A stretch of 64,000 bases of DNA from Azolla caroliniana (GCA_043228905.1 JBHGNT010000021.1:1426001-1490000), one strand, 5' to 3'. Counted from the stretch's first letter, positions 38,846-51,902 are shown. Made by a program: numbers and translations. The notes: generated from the sequence alone by a model not told the origin.

Positions 38846-41800
38846 TTATTGGTCAATTTTGATATCGTTTAAGTTTTCTTCTTCCTCAACTTCTTTCTTT
38901 TTTAGGGTTTCGACATTTGGTTTTGGGATTTTAGCACGAGCAATTGATTCTTTCATGTATATTAATATTCCTCCCATCAACGAGGAAGAGATTAATATAT
39001 GATTGACTCAATATGTGAAGCTTATCGATCAATATATGTGCTACATATCAATCACACTAAATATTGGCAATGCAACATTTCTTTCTAATGCACCTTTTCC
39101 TTAGATGATATAGTTTGCAACAAAAATACAAATGCAAAACCAACTTACTATAATAATGAAATATGTTTCAAATCAAACCACCATTACACCTAAGGTTCAA
39201 ATGATGTTTCAAAAAAACAATAATTCATTAGACTAAAGGAAAGTAATGGAAATTGGTCTACATTAGGGTTTAGGGTTTAGGAAAGTAATGGAAATAGTTC
39301 TACCGTATTTCACTTAGTGGAATATGTTATTAAACCCCAACATGCTTTCTTCTTTTCATATTCCATCTATTTAGTCAATATTGTACCTCTTTTTACATGC
39401 AAATCAACACAAATTCAACTATGAGATACTCGAAACGTAAAACTTAAAACATAAATCAACATATTACATACTTGAAACATAAAACTTAAAACATAAATCA
39501 ACATATTACATACTTGAAACATAAAACTTAAAACAAAAATCAACATATGACAACTAGCAACTAGCATGTATATTAATGTATTCTTCCTATCAACGAGGAA
39601 GAGATTAATATATGATTGATTCAATATATGAAGCTTATCGATCAATATACGTGCGACATATTAATCACTCTATTGGCAATACAACATATTAATCACACTT
39701 CTCCCTTAAAAATGCAACACTAACAAAGAGGTTAACAAAATTTTCTTATAAGATGAGAAGTTTACTAAACAAAATAATGTCAAGAATATTGATATTTGTG
39801 ACATAATGTATGCAAAAAGAAATATTTGTCTACACCTAATATAACATATGAAGATCATAAAATAGCTATAATTTGCAACCATACTTATGTTGGAGTTCAC
39901 AATGGATTAGAGTCCACTTATTAGGATTGAGAGTGAATCAATATATAATATAGACCCTAGTCAATCCAATCCAACTTTGAGATGATTTACCATACACATT
40001 GTCGTGTGGCGCGTGACACACGTGCCAAACGTCGGGATGTGCCCGTCACAAGTGCGGACAAGCACCGAGCCTCTATCCGCTAATGGTTATGGATGATGGG
40101 CGGCTGAAGTGACGCACTAATGTGGTGAGAGTGAGAGTGAGAGAAACAAAAATTGAGGAAGTTTTTAAGATAGATAGATACATACATACACATCACCAAT
40201 AAGATAACTAAGTTTTCTTATTATTAATTTTCGATTTGATACATAGATTGATTCATAGATTGTTTGATTCATCCATTGATTGATCCCCCCCCCCCCCCAT
40301 TACACAAGCCTTACGAGGGTTTTTATATGTTTATCTAGATTCCTTCTAACATGCACAAAACCATGGGCTTGAACCCATGGTTTTCGGGCACACGGTTTTC
40401 CTTGTGGCATGCACAAAACCATAGGCTAAAACCATGGTTTTGTGTACACGGTTTTTTATGTTTGTTTCCTATGGAATACTAAATATGAGAAGAAAATATA
40501 CAAACCTAAAGCACTTAGTAGTAGCTTTAGTGGTAAGATAATTGCTTCCCATCTTAGAAGTGCAAGGTTCAAATCTTGCTTGCACCTTTCTATATGCACT
40601 TGAATGTCATCAGACCCTAGGCTAATTTTCATATTTATAATCATGTGTATAATGTGAGTGAAGCCACACTATTTCACAATTTCTCCTATTGGACACAAAA
40701 CATCACGACATCGTTTGATTGAATCATTCTCGAATGCGAATGCACGTATGATACATATGGTTCATTCTATGGCTATATGTATAACATTACATAGTATTTT
40801 TTAGATATAATTAGAATTTTGTGAGTGAACCTTATTTCACTTAGTGGATTCTATTACTAAACCCCAAAATGTTTTCTTCTTTTCCTATTCCATCTATTTA
40901 GTCAATGATGCACCTCTTGTTACATGCAAATGAACACAAATTCAATCTTAAAATATCTAAGTTGGGATTTAAATTTAATAACATTTCTCCTAAGGTAATA
41001 AAGTTGACCTAATAAGCCTCAAGTAATAATAAGTAATCTAGGACCAATATTCATTAAACTACTAATGGTGCTATAATATTTTTCAACTTTAAATTTTTTG
41101 TGAATCAGACTTAGAACAACCGAATACTAATGATTACTACTTAGGTTAATCTCTCATAAAAAACATGTCATCTTGCAACTCATGTTAATCTCTCATATAT
41201 GTACTGCTACCTATGTACTATTCTATATGCAAACATGCATTTACTTCTTTTGTAAATCCTTTTGTTGCAATTTTGTCAATATACACGAACATATTCTCAT
41301 CAAACATATAGAATGTTGCTTGGTATACGTTGTGATGTTGATCATGGCGTAAGCGTGCAACGGAAAAAAAATGCGAACTTGGGAAGTAAGCACCGGGCTT
41401 CTTGTCAAAGAAAGAGGAGAAACGAAAATAGCTTGTATTGATATATCAAGATGATTACAATAATATTTGACATCTATTGTTATTCCCCCCCGTTGATAAG
41501 GTTACTCTTCCCCTTTTTATACATGAGGAAGGTGGGTGCATGAGTGCCAAGTGTCACCCATGCATGAAAAAGTGGGTGCATGAATGGTAGGTGTTACCCA
41601 TGTATTAGGAAGGTGGATGCATGAGTGCCAAGTGTCACCCATGCATAAGAGGCACCTACATTAGTGGGTAATAGCTCTAATACATAAAATACTTGATAAA
41701 AATGTACTTTGAATAAGTATTTAGCTTAATAAGTGGGTAATAGCTTTAATAGCTAAAATAGTTGATAGTGATAACAAGTGTGTTGATAATAGGTATTTAG

Positions 41801-44528
41801 CTAAAAAAGTGGGTAATAGTTCTAATAGTTCTAATAACTTTAATAACGAAAATAACTTATAGTGATAATAACAAGTGTGTTGATAATAGGTATTTCACTT
41901 CAAAATATTTTACTCGATATTATGTTTTATCGTAGATTCAACTAGCTATTATCATCCTATAGCGAATGTTCTTATCAAGTTATTAGCTATCACTTAGATA
42001 AACAACCATTTACAAAGATTTGCATCAATTCATATAATTTGGTAAATGTTGTTTTCTCATCGTGGCACGAAAATGTCACAACAACGTAACCATTCAATTG
42101 TTCCATTTGCATAATTAAATTTCTCCACACAAAAAACATGAATTCATCTTATGTGGAATATACAACAATATGACAAAAAATTACAATTTAGTCTTTTTAT
42201 TCATGATTAAGCACATATTTACAGATTTTTTTACTGCCCCTTTGCATTACTAGCAATAGTGTGTGAACTATATTACAAAGAATTATACATTGCTTCGCCT
42301 TCGTAACATCAAGTAACAATTGGGATGTTAGATGAACTATATTTTTGTTTATCCAGACAACCCTTCTCTTTGACTTCAACTTTTATAGCTCACAGAATAA
42401 ATTTCCGCAACCAGAACATTCTCTACAAAACTCGCTTTAGTCAGTCATAAATAATGTTGTTACCTATCCTGAAATATAATCGTGTAGTAGCCATATCCTG
42501 CAAAAATAGTTTCATGTTAGAACACATGTCTATTGTATGAAGTAGAAGACACTGCACTAAAAACAAATATGGATATACATCAATATAGATCTATCACGTC
42601 CCTAAAGCACCACGTTCAACATACGAATATAAAAAATTGTGTATATATGAGTTTATAGAAATATGTAAGTGTAAATATAATGCACAAAGAACTGCATTCA
42701 TAGATGTGGGTATATGTCATGTATAAACAAGTAGATAAAAATATATATCATACAAGCAAATTGCATACAATCCTTAATCAAATACTATGGTAAGCATCTA
42801 GATGGACATCAAACATCAATCCTATTTCTTGTTTAAGATATGCATGTACCTGAATCGTAAGGAAACAGGAAAACATGCAAAGATCTTGAGAGCTTAGAGT
42901 CGCAGGAAAAGACACATTTACCCACAATATCACGTGGTAAAGTAATCAATGAAGATTGATAAAAGGTAAGATATAAAGAAACAACTCTGTAGATGCCAAA
43001 TGATACATGAACAAGACTACAAGTGATTCTACCAAAGAAAAATGGCAAGTGGTAGGTATGTTTGGATTTAAGACCTTTTAATGCAACATCAAAGGGCATA
43101 CTTATTCTCTTGAAGTTCAGCCTGAAATACTTGACAATTACATATAAGGAATCTTGTGGTTATCTTTCGAATTGGACTTGTTGAAGAGGATCAAAGAAAC
43201 ATTGGTTCCATTGGCTCATCCGAGTATAGTTGTGCCCCTATGAGTAGTTTTTGCCTCGAGAAAATGGGGATACCATCGTGTACACCACAATATACTTGCG
43301 CATCTATTGTAAATATCTAAGAGTGAGCCCAAAGATAAAGGCATCAGTCCTAGCTTCTCTCTTTTGCATTCAACTTAATTTTGCTCCATTCCCTAAATAA
43401 TCTTACAATTGCAAGAGCAACAATGTTTAAATTGTGCTAGTATTTATTTAGGTGTCCGAGAAGAAAATTTTAAAATATTACAGTCAATTGAGGTAGCTTA
43501 TTTATGGTATTGAGAATAATGCCAAGGTTGGGCGACGGAGGACTCCGGGTTGGACGATGGAGAACTCAAGGTTGGGAGACCGAGGACTCAGAGTTGGGTG
43601 ACCTCTGACAAGGTTGGGTGACCAATGACTTAGAGTTGGGCGACTTCTGAGAGCTTTTTTTAGCGCGTGTTTTTTTTTTTATACAAATTGGATGACGCAG
43701 ATCGCACACGCACTCAATTGAGCGACCTGCACCGTCCGTGGCCGTGATTATTTATGATTTATAACTTGCACCGTCCGATGCACCGTCCGATTTGGATAAT
43801 AATAAAACGCACAACCAAAAATGTTGTTAGAGGTCGTCCAACTCTCAATCCTTGGTCGCCCAACCCTATCATAGGTTGCCCAACTACCTATTGTGGTTGC
43901 CCAACCTCTGTAACGTATGTGGTTGCCCAACCCTATCATAGGTTGCCCAACTACCTATTGTGGTTGCCCAACCTCTGTAACGTATGTGGTCGCCCAACCT
44001 ACCTTTTTTTATGTGGTTGGCTTTTTCATGTCGAGGGATTAGGGTTTGGGAGAAGGTTTTGGTTGATATTATGATTTTAATGTGATATTATGGCTTGATA
44101 TTAGAATCATAGGGAGAAGGTTTAGGGTTTGGCGTGATAGTATGATTGTAGAAACTGTGTAGGGTTTGGTTGATACAGTGAATCGGTTTATTCTCAAAAA
44201 CTATTTACAAACTGTTTAGAACATCTTTATTGATATGTGATCTTAGAATGTAAATGGTTTACGGTTGGAGTGTGTTGATATTAGCTTGATATTGATTATT
44301 AATGGTTTAGGGTTGATATTATGATTTTAATGCTTGATATTAGAATGTGGCCCAAGTTTAGAACAAGTTTAGCTCATTGATCATTGAATAGACTTGCAAA
44401 AATTGATTGATTATTAATGGTTTATGGTTTAATCCTTTGCTTGATTAAAGTTAATATTGTGTGTGTTTGAGTATTAAATTCAAAAAATGTTTGATTACTT
44501 ATGGTTTCTTTTCCTTGTATGGTGGTAG

Positions 44529-46560
44529 ATGGCTGCTAGGTCCAAGTACAAAGACTAGTGGGATTCCGATAACGGTGAGATATATCCAACTCAAGAGAGG
44601 TACATCACGAACCAATTTCCCCTAATAGTGGTAATGATGTGTGATGCATGCATGATGACTGATGATTTGTTAAAGGGTTTTCCTTCGAAGACATTGGAGA
44701 AGTTGTGTAGCTGACAGGTGAGGAGAACATGGATCAGCCATTGGTGGTTCATCTGCCTCGAATCGAGCCGATACAACCCATGGAAACATTCAATGAAGAT
44801 GCTCCTCCTGCAGATATGTGGATTTAGTCTCGTTGTATTATGTCGAACTTCATGTAACACATAAAGAAACAACAAATGCTCATAGCCTTAGCTCGTTGTA
44901 TAAGGTTGGAAGAGATGCCAATGGGAACAAGGCATGTGCATGTATCGTGGCTGAGTATTGCCGCCTCTCGCCAAGATAGTATCGCAAAAAATGCGACATG
45001 GAAACACATTTATGTAGGGCACATGGAATTGATATAGTCCTACCACGAGGGATGCGGATAGAGGAGGAGGAGGGTACTCCGGGGGCATGCTTTAATAGCT
45101 ATGAGCGTCAGAGATCACTCAGAAGATTCATGGATCCCAAAATCAAGTACCATAGAAATCAACAGTCACACATCCAGAAGTTGAAGGTTAGGGTTGTTTC
45201 GAGGTACAACTCTATTCTCGTTGAACTTTGACATGACACAAAGGCAGAGTTCGTGGCACGATTTATGGACCATGAGATGGCCATCTACGACTCCAAAAAG
45301 GATGAGCAATTGGAGATGTTGAAGAAGAAGATTGCATCTAGTTTGGATTCTTATGTAAGTATGAGCGAGGGTTCCATTCTTGATATGTGTTGGAGGGTTT
45401 ATTGGCAAAATTTAGATAATAACACGTGTCTTATTGTGGTGAAACAATGTAAGAAGGCGGGGATATCCACAAAAGAGGGTGGTGTGTCCACTGATGTGGG
45501 TGAGGCTCTAAACTTATCTGAGGGTTGTGTGTCCACTGATGTGGGTGAGGCTCTAAACCCATCTGAGGGTGGTGTGTCTACTCCACCGAGACGGAGACGG
45601 CCAAAGATGCAAGTCTGACGGAAGGAGGTTGCGTCAAACACTAATGTTGTCCCCTAACATCAGATGCAGATGATGCGACATCAGATGTGGCCACAATACA
45701 AATTGAGCATGCCAAGGCGGGTAAAATGTGGATCCAAACACCGGACAAACACTGTTCCAGGTTGTTTTTTTGTGAAATATAAATTTGTATCCTCTTAAAA
45801 GACATTGAGTGTGAGTTTTTTACTCAATCTACGTATTTCTATGCATACAGGTACCGGCTGACCTACCAACGACTCGATATGGCCATTGATGTTACAGATT
45901 TAGATCTTGAGACCATGTGCAAGGATGGAGAAATGGCATCAACATGGACGATGACATTATTCACGTTGTTTATGGAGTACTCATTGCCAACTGAGGTGAC
46001 TGAATGGTTCACCATTGTTGACCCACTATGGGTGCAACTACACAAGCAAACGACGAAGAGGCAAGACATCCTTGGGAAGGTGGCCGAACGTGATTTTATC
46101 TTCATTTTGATTGTGGTTCAGGGCCATTGGGTGTTGTGGACAAAGACAAGGCAAAAAGTTTCTAAGTTGACCAACAAAGTAGTCTTTTGCAATCCACTAA
46201 ACAAAACGACGACTGGCAACGTGCGGAGTCTTGCAGAGATCGTGATTTGGACCATTTCATCTGAACCTCAGACCACACCATTGTGTCTGAGGGTTGACAT
46301 CACCTATTGCATATCCTAACTCAGCCAAATGGTTGGGATTGTGGCTTTTATGTGATGAGGAATATACAAATGTTGATCGGGGAGTTCTTACGAGGATGGA
46401 TATCTCCGACGTTTGTAAGTGTAGTTACAAATGTCTTATTCATGTGGTGTATAATTGTGTTCTTATACATATTTGGTGACAGGGCACAGAGATGTGGATG
46501 AGTGGGCACGAAGGGTACTGGGATTTGCACCTACGACCGGTGGTCCCATATTGTAAATTT
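44529..46560 (+). pseudogene. MULE-borne gene with C-terminal Ulp1/C48 SUMO-protease-like domain, disrupted
   Basis: DFIFILIVVQGHWVLW...VFCNPL...QPNGWDCGFYVMRNI matches the Ulp1 His and QxNxxDCG motifs. Stops and frameshifts present; probable introns near 45720-45850 and 46415-46482. Confidence 0.75.
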
Positions 46561-47007
46561 TAGATTGGCTATAGAAATTTTATCATGGCTGCCATGGCCA
46601 CAAATATTAGACCTTGGTTGTCACATAATGGATATTATGTATACGACGAATATTGTAAATATCGTCATATTATTTGTACCGGAGCGGATGTTGTACATGT
46701 GGTATTATATTTTGTTATACACGGATATTGTAATATGGTCACCACTTTTTGTATAGTGAGTAGTGACTCATTGTATATTGAAAAAAACTGATTAGTGGAA
46801 AAGTTGTTTATCTCAAGTGTTGGTAATCTTGGTAATCTCAAGTGTTGGACTCTTGCCCCTAAACCTGATTTAGATTCAAAGATATGTTGTTTTCTCAGTC
46901 ATAGTGTGATTTGTGTCTACTGTATTACAAAGATATGTTGTTTTCATACATATGTTTTAGATTCAAAGATATGTTGTTTTCATATATATGTTATTTCATA
47001 ACTATTT

Positions 47008-47760
47008 AGGTCACCCAACCCTCTTAAATATGGTTTCCCAACCCGTTTAAAAATATATCTTCTCGTAAATTAGGTCTCCCAACCCTCTTAAAAAACATCT
47101 CTTCTCATAAACAGGTTGCCCAACCTGTTTTAATATGGTCACCCAACTTATTAAACAAGTCGCCCAAGCTATTACTCAAGTCACCCTATTGTATAAATCA
47201 GGTCTCCCAACCCTCTTAAAAAACATCTCTTCTCATAAACAGGTTGCCCAACCTGTTTTAATATGGTCACCCAACTTATTAAACAAGTCGCCCAAGCTAT
47301 TACTCAAGTCACCCTATTGTATAAATCAGGTCTCCCAACCCTCTTAAAAAACATCTATTGTCATAAACAGGTTGTCCAACCCGTTTTAATATGGTCACCC
47401 AACTTATTAAACAGGTCTCCCAACCTATTATTGGTCACCCAATTGTATAAATCAGGTCTCCCAACCCTCTTAAAAAACATCTCTTCTCATAAACAGGTTG
47501 CCCAACTTGTTTTAATATGGTCACCGAACGTATTAAACAGGTCACCTAACCTATTACTCAGGTCACCCTATTGTATAAATCAGGTCTCCCAACCCTCTTA
47601 AAAAACATCTATTCTCATAAACAGGTTGCCCAACCTGTTTTAATATGGTCACCCAACCTATTAAATAGGTCACCGAACCTATTACTTAGGTCACCCTATT
47701 GTATAAATAAAGTCTCCCAACCCTCTTACAAAACATCTCTTCTCATAAACAGGTCGCCAA
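47008..47760. repeat. Tandem array (~128-bp units built from ~20-bp CCCAAC subunits)
   Basis: Repeated AGGTCTCCCAACCCTCTTAAAAAACATCTCTTCTCATAAACAGGTTGCCCAACC, about 5-6 units. Confidence 0.9.
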
Positions 47761-47868
47761 AAAATGGTCATATTAAGGAATAAATTAATCACATTTTAAG
47801 TCACATTAATCCCTAAACCCCCTGTTGGTAATCAGAGCTAATTCATCCTCCAATTAATCACATCTGAC

Positions 47869-50707
47869 ATGGAGGGGACAAGTGTCGTGAAATATAAAAA
47901 GTCTAGACCCATAGAAGTGATCGAGATATAGGCCCATAAGGTAGATGATACGCTCACAGATGTTCAAAAGAGGTATCACACACGCTTTTGTAAAGGGGTC
48001 GGAAGGGGTGCGCGTGTGACTAGGTATGCTTGTCACCGAGCCGGTGTGCCCATACGACAAAATCCGTGCAGTCAACGTAGAAAGCTTTCATCTCAATGTG
48101 GGTGTACTTTTCATGTGGACGCTCAAAGGAATGAAGGAGTTGACCATGGGACCATGAACATTTCAATATATGGACCTCATACGGGTCATGTACCGGGAAG
48201 TAGATAGGATGTATATGATTTGCCGGCACACCCAAATGTTTTAAGTTGTTGCAAAGATGACCTTTTTTATGTTGGATGTGCACAACATGAGGCACGAATG
48301 AGCATGCGTAAGGAAGCATAACATAAGTCCAAGGCTAATCCATTAGACCTTATGAGTTATAGGTTCTTTATGATACCAAAGGAGGTCTATAACATGGCCA
48401 ACAAGTTAAAAATTGGGAGTGCCATGTCAGAGGTTGATTGGTCTTCGATGATGCAAGATGCCTAATATGCACTTCGAGATCTTGGGAAGGTGGCTCATGT
48501 ACAACCTTACTTGCCTGGTGATTATGGATCTTCCGCAAGGCAACCGTTCATCTTGGTGCTTCAAGATGAATGGATGTTAGAGATGTGTGAGCGATTGTCA
48601 GTAAACAACTAGCGATTGTCAGTAAACAACTCTTGGGCAATCAACTCCACATTTAAAACAAACCAATTTGGGTTGCCATTATATGAAGTTGTGGCCCCAA
48701 ACGTCATGGGAATTGGCATCCCATCATGGTACATGATATGTAGTTCTCATAAGGGGTCAAACCATGAGCAAGTAGCTTTAGAAACTTGCTTGAGAGTCAT
48801 ATTCGTACGGAGCCCAATGTGAGGCCAAATGCGATAGTCATTGATAAAAGTTGGACATCATATAATGTCATAAGTAATGTGGTTGCAGCTGACCAATTAT
48901 CTTAGATTGTTGCAAATGGGCAAAGGTCGCAATCACATTGTCTACTTTTGTTGTGTTAGTTCCATGCCAAAAAATCATGGGTGGACAACTTGTTGCCAAA
49001 GGTAAGTGCAATTGAGAGAAACCATCTTTATAATCGAATGTGCCAACTCATGCAATGCATTACAGAATCCACATTCAATACCCAATGTGAGGAGTTAAAG
49101 GTAGAATATGCAAACAAACCAGGTGTTAGGCAATATATAGAAGGAGGATGGTGTGGCTTGACATGTGTGTGGAGGAAACTGTGGCCCAAGTTTGGTAGAA
49201 TGTTCAACTATGGACATGTTGACACCATAGTTCCTAATATTCGCATATGTCCAATTTGGTGGACATATGCGAATGTTTGCATACATTCGCGTAATTCGTT
49301 GCGAACAGAAGTGACGTCTGACACACACACACACACACCCACCCTCTCTCTCACACGAGAACTGACATATCTTCTCTCTCTACAGAATCCAATACACACA
49401 CTCAAGGACTGACAAAGTTTCTCTCTCCCTCACACAAACAAAACCCTTAGCTCCTCTCTCACTCTCTCTCTCTCTAGACATACACTCAACCACTGTCTCC
49501 TCACACATGCAAAACAGGGCTTCACTCTAGACCACACATGCACACACACAGACTATGTAGTATGTACACCGTATGTATTATATATGATTATATCTATGTA
49601 CCGCGTATGGATTTCAATCATACTCGGAGCCTTTTCACGTATGAGTATGATACGAATATTAGCGTATGAGTATGGCACGAATGGGACGTATAACTAGAAC
49701 TATGGTTAACACTACCAATATTGTGGAGAGACATTTTCACTTTATCAAATATACTGCCTTGAGATTGAGAATAAACCAATCAATTACGATCTTGTGCATG
49801 TTTTAATCGGGGATAATCAAACTGGCACTTGCGTCTGAGGCACTGTTATTGAATGGTACAAGCACGACAAGAAATATGTGAGAGTGGTACATTTGCACCT
49901 CGTGCAATTTGTAGGGATCAAACAACAATACTTAAGGAGGCAGAGAGGATACTAGAGAGGTATCATGAAACTAATGATGCGTCAATGCATATTCTGGATG
50001 AGGCCCGATATTGGTTTAAAATATTGAGCTTGACTAAACCTATTGTATGGTATAATGTATCACTGCAACGCTCATATTGTGATTGCCAAGACCCTGCAAG
50101 TAAATGTAAGCATATACTCGGCATTCGGATGATTATTGAGAGGCACATGCCACATCTATGTGGGTCGTTGCCTTTTATAGATCCCGTCGAGGTAGACCTA
50201 GTCAAGGAGACAGAGGTAGAACCAGTCGAGGAGACAAACCCAAGTGCATTAGATATGGAGGAATGGGAGTCAGAATTACAAATGACCAAGGCAACTATTC
50301 AATGTCTCAAGCAAGGGTTACGATCCCTCGACTGTGCTCAAGTTTTAGCATGTATGGCGTCCTGCAAAGAAATGAGACTAGCGATGGGGTACCACGTTGG
50401 TGCATCGGAACCAACAAATGAAGAAGACGGTGGATCCATAAGGCGAAAGCAAACAATTAGTGTGAAGAGAAGAGCATTAGACAATATTTCACAAGATCTT
50501 ATTTGTAGCTCCCCAAACACTTCCAAGGCACACACCAAAAAAATGCAAAGAGGTGCAAGTTGAGCTAAGAGGCGGTTGCCAATATGTGGGATAGAGAAGA
50601 TTCGATGCTTGCATTGTGATGCCTTGACATTTAGATCAACAGACTTAAATGTTGATTGTTGCAAGAATTGTGGCCGCATCTTGTCATCATCTCCGGATGA
50701 GCCATAA
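47869..50707 (+). pseudogene. MULE (Mutator/FAR1-like) transposase, disrupted
   Basis: N-terminal Zn finger YACHRAG...CGCTFHV...HTGH. MULE domain motifs (N/D)STFKTNQFGLPLY, VIDK, LC*FHAKKSW and TTNIVERHF. SWIM CDCQDPASKCKHI. Several in-frame stops. Confidence 0.88.
49226..49704. mobile_element. hAT-type MITE inserted in the transposase
   Basis: TIR CATAGTTC / GAACTATG. 8-bp TSD GTTGACAC/GTTAACAC. Removing the element and one TSD restores YGHVDTTNIVERHF in frame. Confidence 0.88.
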
Positions 50708-51902
50708 ACATAGCTTGAATGGTTTTGCGGACTGGTGCATTTTGGTTGATGATGTTTAAAGTGGATTCTATTAGAAGGATGTCATATGTTGATTTATGTT
50801 TTAAGTTTGGTGTTTCAAGTATGTCATGTGTTGATTTATGTTTTACGTTTTATGTTCCCAGTATGTCATATGTTGATTTATGTTTTAAGTTTTAAGTTTC
50901 AAGTATGTCATATGTTGATTCATGTTTCAAGTATGTCATACATTGATTTATGTTTTAAGTATGTCATTTTGCATGTAACAAGAGGTACAATATTGACTAG
51001 ATAGATGAAATATGAAAAGAAGAAAGCATTTTGGGGTTTAATAACATATTTCACTAAGTGAAATAAGGTAGAACTGTTGCCATACTTTCCTTTATTCTAA
51101 TGAATTATTGTTTTTTTGAAACATCATTTGAACCTTATGTGTAATGGTGGTTTGATTTGAAATATATTTCATTATTATAGTAAGTTGGTTTTGCATTTGT
51201 ATTTTTGTTGCAAACTATATAATCTAAGGAAAAGGTGCACTAGAAAGAAATGTTGTATTGCCAATATTTAGTGTGATTGATATGTAGCACATATATTGAT
51301 CGATAAGCTTCACATATTAAATCAATCATATATTAATCTCTTCCTCGTTGATGGGAGGAATACATTAATATAAATGCAAGAATCAATTGCTAGTTACTAA
51401 AATCCCAAAACCAAATGTCGAAACTCTAAAAAAGAAAGAAGTTGAAGAAGAAGAAAACCTAAATGATATTAAAATTTACCAATAAGCAAAATAAACTCTC
51501 TTTTTAATTAGAGAGGAAATAAGATTTGAACCTTGCTCCTATTAAAATAACTCTAACCACTAAACCATTACATTTTAATATTATTTTTATTAAGTACTTC
51601 ATTTATTGTTCTAAAATAGTTGGGCAGTTGGGCAACTTGCAACGGTCAAGGTTGGGTGACTATTGACAGGGTTGGGCAACTAAGGACTCAGAGTTGGGCG
51701 ACCAAGGACGGATTTTTTTTCGCGCGTTCTTTCTTATCCAAATCAAACAGTGCAAATAGCACACGCCTTCCTTTGAGCAACCTACACCGTCCGTGGCCGC
51801 GATTCCCTCCCCAACCCTATTTAGGATTTGGTATAAAATAGACTACGAGCATATGTATGTATGTAATGTATGAGTGTATGTATGCATGTATGTATGTATG
51901 TA

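Larger units (their letters stand above)
37888..51850 (+). mobile_element. Large Mutator-like element (MULE) with kb-scale inverted arms
   Basis: Left end GCTCGTGTCTATTAGCTACCAAATCCTAAATAGGG matches right end CCCTATTTAGGATTTGGTATAAAATAGACTACGAGC. Inverted homology continues over ~37888-39560 vs ~50780-51850. Internal transposase and Ulp1-like genes. TSD cannot be resolved inside the microsatellite. Confidence 0.85.

Noticed and set aside
40515-40590. tRNA gene
   Set aside because: A/B-box-like motifs only; no consistent cloverleaf, so more likely a SINE relic.
47008-47760. CRISPR-like array
   Set aside because: Eukaryotic context, the 'spacers' are themselves repeats, and there are no cas genes.
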